DNA from: Eledone cirrhosa
Taxonomy: Eukaryota
DNA length: 64,000 bases
Direction of reading: 5' to 3'
NCBI GenBank assembly: GCA_964016885.1
Contig: OZ024762.1
Span: 20,956,001 to 21,020,000 of the forward strand
Below are positions 55,150 to 64,000 of the stretch, piece after piece. The notes beneath the pieces were generated by a model. It did no database searches and had not been told where the DNA came from. It saw only the letters and a program-made list of their open reading frames with translations. A program made the translations under genes and the position numbers. Position 1 is the first letter of the stretch, and every line of letters starts with the position of its first letter.

Positions 55150-55276
55150 ATATATCTAAACTATAATAAAGTAAGGAGCATATATTATAATGTGTGTGTG
55201 CGTTCATGCCATGCAAATTTTTGGAGTAAAAATACAATATATTAATAAATGGAAACTATATTTATAAAACCATATT

Positions 55277-55341
55277 TATTTCATTATACATATTTCAAGG
55301 ACACCAAAGCAAATTATGGTGCGCTTTCATCAGATAAAATA
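55277..55341 (-). ncRNA. Minimal type I hammerhead ribozyme (PLE-type)
   Basis: Minus strand: TATTTTAT-CTGATGA-[AAG C GCACCA...TGGTGT C CTT]-GAAA-TATGTA-TA-ATGAAATA, overlapping AATAAA. Confidence 0.85.
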
Positions 55342-56615
55342 TAATATAGATCAGTTTTATAAACAAATATTGTCATACCCTTAAAAGAATGCGACCATGT
55401 CTGTTGGAAGCTCCCGGATAGTGGGGTAACAAATTTTATTATTGGTCTATTATGCAAATTAGTGTCAGAGAGGTTTAAATCCCATACATTTAAATTAAGC
55501 CGTTGGAATAGGAAAAAAAAAAATACTTATATATATATATATAGGAACGAGTAGGACCCCGACGGTTGAGCTCAAGCCGTTTCGACGGCTAATTCTGGAC
55601 TGGCCGTCGAAACAGCTAATTCTGGATTAGCCGTCGAAACGGCTTGAGCTCAGCCGTCGGGGTCCTACTCGTTCCTATTACCCACTCTATTGAGTACTTT
55701 GGTGCGTTATGGTCCACCTGGTTCCTTACCACATTTCCTTCATTATATATATATATATATCTATATATATATAAGTACATGATGACCAACCACAGCCTTA
55801 TATTACCAATGAATGTTTTTATTATACTTACCAACTCTGAAAACACTTTAAATTATTAACTAGGCTAAAAAGCCACATTTGATCCCAGCACTGATAAAAG
55901 TTTGATTTTTGTCTGATGGTTATACTTGATAATGAGAGGGCAGTCATCATGTATATATATATATATACGTCATGTACATCAATACTCATCTTTTTCCATT
56001 TCTCCGAGGGTTCTTAACCCCACTATCAGGCTAAATAATTTCTTTAATTTCTTTAATTTCTTTAGTCAAAATACGGCGATAGCTTACATTTCTAATAATT
56101 TCAAACCCACTCGCTGTTTCGAAAATATTCTTACTTTATATATATATATATATATACATACATAACTATCCATATCCCCAGGGCTGGCGTCAATTCTTCC
56201 TTAATCTCTCTTTGTCACTTTCTCTTTCTTTCTCTGTAAGAAATTGGCTGTGTTCTGGCCTGACCTAGAGCAGGATTGGCTCTGCCAGATTTAAAATTAC
56301 CCACAACACACTGTATGTTAGGATGGAGGCCCTTACAATTCCATCAGGAGTTAAGGGACCTTTATTTTACCATCATTAATTTGTTTTTATTGCTGTCATA
56401 ACTACACAATTGTTGTTTTTTTTTTTGTTGTATTTTGGGTGGGGAGCTCAAATAATTACATGTTGTTTTTTTTTAAGTTTATTCTTTAATTCTTTTGCTG
56501 TCTCATAAAAAAATTTTTTTTAATTTTTTTTTGGTGATCAAATATTTAAATGATATATTTTTTATTTTATTTTTTTCTTTAACCCTGTCCCCTTTCTGAA
56601 AACACCAAAAACAAG

Positions 56616-56762
56616 GCACTAGAAATCCAGATCATTTATGAAGTGTATGATGACTTGGATTCTCCAGATTATGAATACTCACGGCCATTTCTTGGTGCAG
56701 TCCATCAACAACAGAGTGGAAGCCTTGGCTCCTATTCCAGCAGTGCATCCGATAGTACTAAG
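56616..56762 (+). CDS. STXBP5: Tomosyn exon L
   Basis: acaag|...|gtaaca. ALEIQIIYEVYDDLDSPDYEYSRPFLGAVHQQQSGSLGSYSSSASDSTK, resembling vertebrate MLEVRLLYEINDVETPE...SSSSSD. Phase 0 to 0. The acceptor is atypical. Confidence 0.85.
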
Positions 56763-56786
56763 GTAACAACTCTCTCTCTCTCTCTG

Positions 56787-56829
<43 letters not shown>

Positions 56830-57212
56830 GTATATATATATGTATATATATATGTATATATATATTAAACAAAACTTCAAATCTTTGAATTGTCTTCATC
56901 ATTTTCTTTATATATATATATATATTCAAGTGAAGAAAGTTGGTTGATCACATAATTCGACTTTAGTCATATATATATACATACACACATATTTACAGGC
57001 ATGTAAACCACTCCTCAACTTGTGTCACTTAAATTATTATCAATAAGGTATCAACCAGAGTGTCAATATTATAAAGATCTATTTATTATATAATTCTGTT
57101 ATATGTATTTCAAAGACATCAAAGTGATTGCATACTATGACTACTGGAGTGAACTGCTACCAACATGTTCCTAACTACAGTAGTATATCAAAAAGAAAAA
57201 CACAGCTTTGCA

Positions 57213-57283
57213 CCTGTTTGAAGAGAACACATCAAAGGGTTATTATGCAATCACTTTGATGTCTTCGAAGTATGTATTACAGG
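57213..57283 (+). ncRNA. Decayed type I hammerhead within a fold-back element
   Basis: CCTGT-tTGAAGA-[GAA C ACATCAAAG...CTTTGATGT C TTC]-GAAg-TATGTA-TT-ACAGG, then AATAAA. Core substitutions C3U and A15.1G. The inverted upstream arm retains GAAA-TACATA-TA-ACAG. Confidence 0.7.
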
Positions 57284-57602
57284 ATTATATAATAAACAGA
57301 GAATGTACATTTAAAACTCTCTCTTCTCCATAATATATATATATATATATATATATCATACACACATATTTTATTTTTCACTTGAATATCTCCAACAGAA
57401 TGCTATATTTTTTTTATTTATGTATTTTAACATTCTCTTCATGTTAATTTTTTATGCTTTCTTTATTATTCTTATTATTTAGTCTTATTTTTATTGCATG
57501 TTGCTGTCAGTAGAGCATTGGACAACATTCTTTGCAGCATGTAGTTATGGTCCTTTACGTTTGGAGTTCATATCGCAATAGAGGTTGGCTTTGCCTTCAT
57601 CC

Positions 57603-57886
57603 TTAACCTGTTGACTGCTGTGTATATTTTACACAGCTACAGTTGCTGTGCTAGGTTTTCTTTTTCAGTAAAATGACTATTTTTTTTTAAAACAAACATT
57701 TATTAACAATACATATCAGAATGATTGACAAATGTCACATCAATAAACTAGTAATGCCATCTAGCTTTAAAGTTAGGAACTGTTGGAAAAGAGTTCAAAC
57801 ATGTTAGGATGAGTTATCTCCTCCGTGGCACTGGAATGCATACATGTTAGGATGAGTTATCTTCTCTACGGCACTGAAGAGGTTAA
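57603..57886. mobile_element. Second TTAA-flanked MITE family
   Basis: TTAACCTGTTGACTGC...GCACTGAAGAGGTTAA. An inverted partial copy starts near 3986. Confidence 0.6.
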
Positions 57887-58206
57887 GTGGCTGATAAAAA
57901 AAAAGTACCAGTAATGCTCTGGGGTCAATTTAATTGACTTTGCCCTCTCCCAAAATTGTTGGCCTTGTGCCTAAATAAGAAACCATTATATTCATTAGGT
58001 TGGTTGATTAGTAGAGTGCTGCATACAATGCTATTACAGTATTTGTTCTGGCTCTTTGTTCTGAATTCAAATGCCTTTCCTCCTCCTTTCAGGGGTGATA
58101 AAATAAAGTACCAGTTAAGTACTGGGGTCGATATAATTGACTTCCTCTTCCTCCCAAATTGCTGGCCTTGTGCCAATGTTAGAAAGATTCATTATTATCA
58201 CCATTG

Positions 58207-58650
58207 GTAGATTGGCAGTATCGGTAGAGGGTCGGACACCATGCTTTGCAGCATAGAGTTACGCCCCTTTATGATCTGAGTTCAATTCCCGCCGAGGTTA
58301 ACTTTGCCTTTCATCCTTACGGGGGTCGATAAAATAAAGTACCAGTAATACACTGGGTAATAGCTATCCTTGTGCCAAAAGTAGAAACAATTATTAGTCT
58401 TATTTCTATTACATGCCTTCACTGCATTCCTGAGCACAGCTATATGCGTCTCGGATATGTGCAGTGTTGTTTTTGGTTGTTATCATCATTATTATTATCA
58501 TTAGGTTAACTATCCCGCCGAGGTTAAAATCCTGCTGAGGTTAACTTTGCCTTTCATCCTTACGGGGGTCGATAAAATAAAGTACCAGTAATACACTGGG
58601 TAATAGCTACCCTTGTGCCAAAAGTAGAAACAATTATCATTATTATTGTC

Positions 58651-58682
<32 letters not shown>

Positions 58683-59005
58683 CATTATATTGTTGTTGTT
58701 ACTTAATTTCCATTTATTTTGCATATGACTTGCATATTTTTCATCTTTGCATCTGACTGTTTTTAATTCTTTTTTGTCTTTTTTATTCCTTTTATACATG
58801 TATATAGATTTCTTTTGTTATTATTATCGGATTGTATCGGTAGAGGGTCAGACGCCATGCTTTGCAGCAAAGAGTTACGGCCCTTTATGATCTGAGTTCA
58901 AATCCCGCCACGGTTAACTTTGCCTTTCATCCTTACGGGGGTCGATAAAATAAAGTACCAGTAATGCACTGGGATAATTGCTGGCCTTGTGCTAAAAGTA
59001 GAAAT
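58207..59005 (+). mobile_element. Cluster of three SINE family A copies or fragments
   Basis: Repeated GAGGTTAACTTTGCCTTTCATCCTTACGGGGGTCGATAAAATAAAGTACCAG with (ATT)n tails. Confidence 0.85.
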
Positions 59006-59146
59006 AATAATAATTATTATTATTATTATTACTTACCAATGTGGCCAAAGATTTTAAATTTGTTGGCTAAATTAATTCACTGTAGTTCTTAATGTCCACT
59101 GCAATACCCACCCCCAAACTTTGTTTAGTTGGAGGCTGCAGTATAA

Positions 59147-59177
<31 letters not shown>

Positions 59178-60095
59178 AAGAGAGAGATAAATATGTATAT
59201 ATAAAATAAAAATATGAAGGTGCATGGCTTAGTGGTTATGAGTTTGATTCTTGGACCAAGTGATGCATTGTTTCCTTGAGCAAGACACTTTATTTCATGT
59301 TGCTCCAGTTTACTCAGAAACAAGTTGTGATGTCATCGGTGTGAAGCTGTATCAGCCATTGTTTTTGCCTTGGACAATATTGGTGGCATGAAGAGGGAAG
59401 ACTGGTATATATATGGGCGACTGCTGATCTTCCACATATAAACCTTGTCCAGGTGTGTGGCTCGGAGGGAAACTTTCTAGGTGCAAAAACCAATGGGAGC
59501 TTATTATAGATAAAAAATATATATATGTGTGTATGTAAATATGCAGAATATTTGTGTCAGTTTTGCAACAAAGCTTGTGAGTCTGCTGCTGGACTCGAGT
59601 GAAAGTGCATAAGGAACAAGTTATGTTCAAGACTATCCAGGAGCCTCATGTGTGTCATATCTGTAAAACAATATGCAGGAGCAAGGCAGGTTTGCTGAGT
59701 CATTTGCAGCCATTCAACACACGTTGAAGAGATGACCCTCTTCTATAAAGAAGTAGCAGTTATCATATATATATAATTATCTTGAGCACATATGGTAGCT
59801 GGAAATCATTTGGCTATTCTAAAAAGAATATTAGTCTCCTGATTTTTCATAGCAAGAATTTGTTGTTCTCACTCTACATAATGATGTAATTATTCTTGCA
59901 TACATTTCGCCCATCTCAAGAGAACATCTTCACGTACCACCCTTATGTCTTCCTGTTTTCTAAGGACAATATTTTGTCATAATATTTTTGAAATATTCAC
60001 TTCTGTGTCTACAAATTAATTTGTCTCAGTTTCAGAAGATCCCGCTTTGGGTGAAATTAGAAATTCATTGTTTAAGGTTTTACTCTGTATTAATA

Positions 60096-60139
<44 letters not shown>

Positions 60140-60501
60140 GCCTTATAATTATTTTAATAATTCTAATCGAATAGAGAAATATTGTTGTCCACCATACCTC
60201 CAAATTTAAAACCTTATGGCCCATGATTTAAAAGCTTAATAAAGGCTTTAATAACTAAACCAAAGAAACATCTGATCATGTCTTGTTTATAATCTATATT
60301 GTGCAAATGGAACACTATAGCATCTTCTGTTGTTGTTGTTGTTGTTATTATATTCATCTTATTCTAAATGTTACTCTCATATCCCCTCCATTATTATTCA
60401 TTCATCTTTGAAATAACTTCTCTCTCTCTCTTTTTTACTCTCATTATTCTCTCTTGCTTTATATATATATATATGTATATATGGACATACATATATTCAT
60501 A

Positions 60502-60542
<41 letters not shown>

Positions 60543-60654
60543 ACACATATATATGTATATTTATATACATATATATGTTTGTATATATACAGATATACAC
60601 ATATATATATATGTGTGTGATTTTAAAAATATTTTCATTATTTATGCTTTATAG

Positions 60655-60705
60655 TATGTTCAGGAAAAGAAACCCCCCCTCAGTTGGAGTGGTGCAATTT
60701 CTTTG
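60655..60705 (+). CDS. Candidate 51-nt symmetric cassette exon of tomosyn
   Basis: tttatgctttatag|TATGTT...TCTTTG|gtaagc. Open frame [17 protein letters not shown], phase 0-0, compatible with exon L. No homology support recognised. Confidence 0.55.
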
Positions 60706-63700
60706 GTAAGCCTGGCACTGGCAACTTTTCTTTACCACATTCTCAATAGTTTTAGCTATTACAGAGCCCATTATATATAAATATAGGAAGAATTTTTGCA
60801 GCTGACCACCATTTCACATTCCGCCACCATTCACCACCTACCTGCTCACTCACTCACTCACTCACTCACTCACTCACTCACTCACTCACTCACTCACTCA
60901 CTCACTCACTCACTCACTCACTCAGCCACTCACTCAGCCACTCACCTAGACACCTGCTGTCCCATCCCACTCCTAATGTTGGTCCCAGCTCATTGTATTG
61001 ACCCTTTAGCATTTAAACTGGCCATATACGGTCAGAATTCTCTCATCTCTTTCTGTCTAAATCAGCCATATCCGGCGACTTATATTGACATTAAAGTATT
61101 GTTCTCAAAATAAATAATATCAAAATCTTGTAGATTCGATATTGAGATATTATGTGAGGTAAAGCCTTTATAGTGAAAATACAATAGTAAATATAGAGTA
61201 ATGTAAATGCTAAAGGGTTAAATTTACTATTGATTTATAAATTTTAAGTTTCATTGTTTATAGTTTGCTTTGAAGTTTAATCAGTGTCAGAAAAAATAGG
61301 ATTGTGTGTGTGTGTTTCTTCATATATAAATATACTTTAGTTGTTGAAGTGACATCCAAACCAGCATCCTCTACCGCTAACTAACTTGCCCTTCTGGGTC
61401 CCAGCCGACAGGATACAGAATGCATTGCTCTGGAGGACGGTGATGGAGACACACTGAAACAGGCTCTCTACCTTGTAGGGCTTGCACCTCTGGGCAGCCA
61501 ACTCCACCCTGGTAGCAGTGAGTAGGGATGTGGTCTGGGACCAAGAACACCGGAAGTCTCCACTACCACAATCCTATCCGAGAATGGCCGATACTTGGAA
61601 AGTTTTCCTTCTTTGGCTTGGTGGGCAACAGAGCCTGTGAGGAGCAAAAAGATGTTGATAATGATTTAATATGTATGAGCAATATATACAACTAATTGCA
61701 GATTGTACAAAGTACATGTTACTATAAACACTGTTGCTCCTATAACTAAATATGGATAAAGAATTTGTCTTAGAGAAGCTGTTATATGAATCTAAAATGA
61801 TGTCAGTATATAGTTCATTGGCAGAGTTGTTAGAATGGTGGGTAGAAAGCTTAGTGGTATTCGTCGTCATTGTCCTCGTCACCATCACCACGATTATCAT
61901 CATCATCACAATTTAACGTCTATTTTTCCATGCTAACATAAGTTAGATGAGCTGTCTGTTGTGAGACAAGCCAGGTCAGATGACCATGTTTTTCTCATAC
62001 AGAACTGATTTTGGCTTGGTTTCTATGGCTGGGTGCATTTCCTAATGCCAACCACATTTACAGTGTGTGCTGGGTGATTTTTGTTGTGACACCAACACTA
62101 CCACTTTACAGTGTGAGGTGGGCGACTTTTAGTCGTGACACCTACATGACCACTTCACAGTGTGGACTGGGCACTTTTTATTGTGTCACCAACATGAGCA
62201 CTTTACAGTGTGGGCAGGGTTCTTCTTGTAATGACACCAATATGACCACTTTACAGTATGTACTGGGCACATTTTGTTGAATCTTACACGATTCATTTTA
62301 ACTTTCTGATTTCAAATCCTGTTGAGGTCAACTTTGCCTTTCATCCTTTCAAGGTCAATAAAAATGAGCACTAGTCTGATACTGATGTTGATTCTTTCTC
62401 TATATCTATTTCTCACTGCCTCTCACTCTCTCTCTCTCCCTCGATTCTTTTCTGGAAGAATTTGTCTGTGTTCAGACATGGAGAGGAGATAGGTTTTGTC
62501 AGGCTTAAAGTGCCCAAGATGCACCATATGTCACAATAACCCTACCAAGAGTTACAGCTTGATATTTTGCTTGTACAGCCTCAGTAACTTCTCTTTTTGC
62601 CTATTAACTCAATGTGAGATGTTTCATGACATCTTTAAACTATTTTCATACCAAACTTGCCTTAATTCTATGATCTAAAATGGCTTGTTTTAAAATATTT
62701 ACATTTATCTAAAAATAACCTTCCATTATAATTTTATGTAAGAACATGCTCTAAACACTAATTTAATAAAGACAGTGTTAGTTATATTACTTAATCCCTC
62801 CAAATTCTTAATTATTTTCAAAATTATTTGAAATTTATTGACAATGACTTTTATTAGATATATGGTAACGCAAGGTTTAATGTGCTCTCATGCCTCTGAC
62901 AGCTTACTCATGACAAATAATCCATTATTTCTAACATTCAGTTCCCTCCATCCTATAACCACACCACTGCCACTTAAACTTTAACTCTTAACATCCAATA
63001 ATGATTAAAAAATTTAAAAAATGCATGTTTGTTAATTCAAATATTTATAGTATTGTTACCAGTGGACAGATAATTGTGAAAATTTGCAGTATTTGACAAC
63101 CTCCCAAGTGCTGGTGTCACAATAAAATGCACTTGGTAGTGTGCAGGACCATATGTGAGGTGCAGGCCTCTGGCCCATGTGAGAGGTCAGTAGCCCTGCT
63201 TGTGTTCTTGATCAGTGAAGACCCATCTAATCCATGGCTGCAGGGAAAATGGACATTGAATGATAATGATGTGAAGATAGTAGTTTTCTTTTTTTTTATG
63301 CATTTCAAGAAGGTCTTGCTAATATGGTTTCATGTGGTACAGGATTTTAAGAATTAATCGCGACTAGTTGTGACTAATGCTACCTTTTCTGTCCTTCAAC
63401 ACCACCTTCATTGCTGTCCTTCAATGCACAGAACCAGATTGTGTCTGTTCTATCCCTCATACTGTAGACCTTTCCTGCCTACATCCCTATTACAGATGTG
63501 CTAATGTGGTTTCATGTGGTACAGGATTTTAAGAATTATTCTTCTCTAGCTCTGTTACTGATGTTACCTTTTCTATACTTTGACACCACTTTCACCACTG
63601 TCCTTCAATGCCCAACTCACATATTGTAGATATATTTTACCTCCAACCCTGCTACAGATGTGGCAGGGTGGGGGTACCTATGTTTGTTCTGAGTGTTTCA

Positions 63701-64000
63701 GTTGGTTTGATCAACAGAAAAGCCAGCTCCTTAAATTAACATGAGGGTGGCTGAGCACTCCACAGACACATACGTCATGCAAGTTTTCACAATGATCTAT
63801 GCATATCTTTGAGTATGTGTGTATGTGCGTGCACGTCTGTACGTGCGCCTATGTCTGTAAGCATGTGCCTATCTGTTTGTGTGTCTGTGTGTGTCTATAT
63901 TTGTGTGTATGTGTCTCTGTGTATGTGTGTGTTTGTTTTTATATCCTATATCTGTATGTGCATGTGTGTGTTTGTTTCTATATCCTATATCTTTGTGTGT

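Noticed and set aside
61380-61620. GC-richer island, possibly a LINE 5' UTR with an HDV-like ribozyme
   Set aside because: I could not assemble the nested double pseudoknot by eye. A covariance-model search would be needed.

Overview
AT-rich, microsatellite-dense eukaryotic genomic DNA, most likely from an octopod cephalopod (inferred from the SINE/LINE repertoire). The window is an internal 64-kb slice of one + strand gene, tomosyn (STXBP5/STXBP5L family). I can splice 12 GT-AG exons (406-56762) in consistent phase into an uninterrupted WD40-region peptide, and there is a candidate 51-nt cassette microexon at 60655-60705. The introns hold tRNA-derived SINEs, RTE and CR1 LINE fragments, TTAA-flanked and other MITEs, a Helitron, a Penelope-like element (PLE) remnant and many minisatellites. 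The most striking unannotated signal is a set of minimal type I hammerhead ribozymes: three with intact cores (41641-41696 +, 52402-52472 -, 55277-55341 -) and two decayed (54840-54930, 57213-57283). Most sit in small elements next to (TA)n tracts, and several are fold-back elements. Despite divergent helix sequences, all five share an elongated stem II with a C-pyrimidine mismatch at exactly the 4th position. Nearly all ORFs in the supplied track are simple-repeat artefacts. Repeat boundaries are by-eye estimates.
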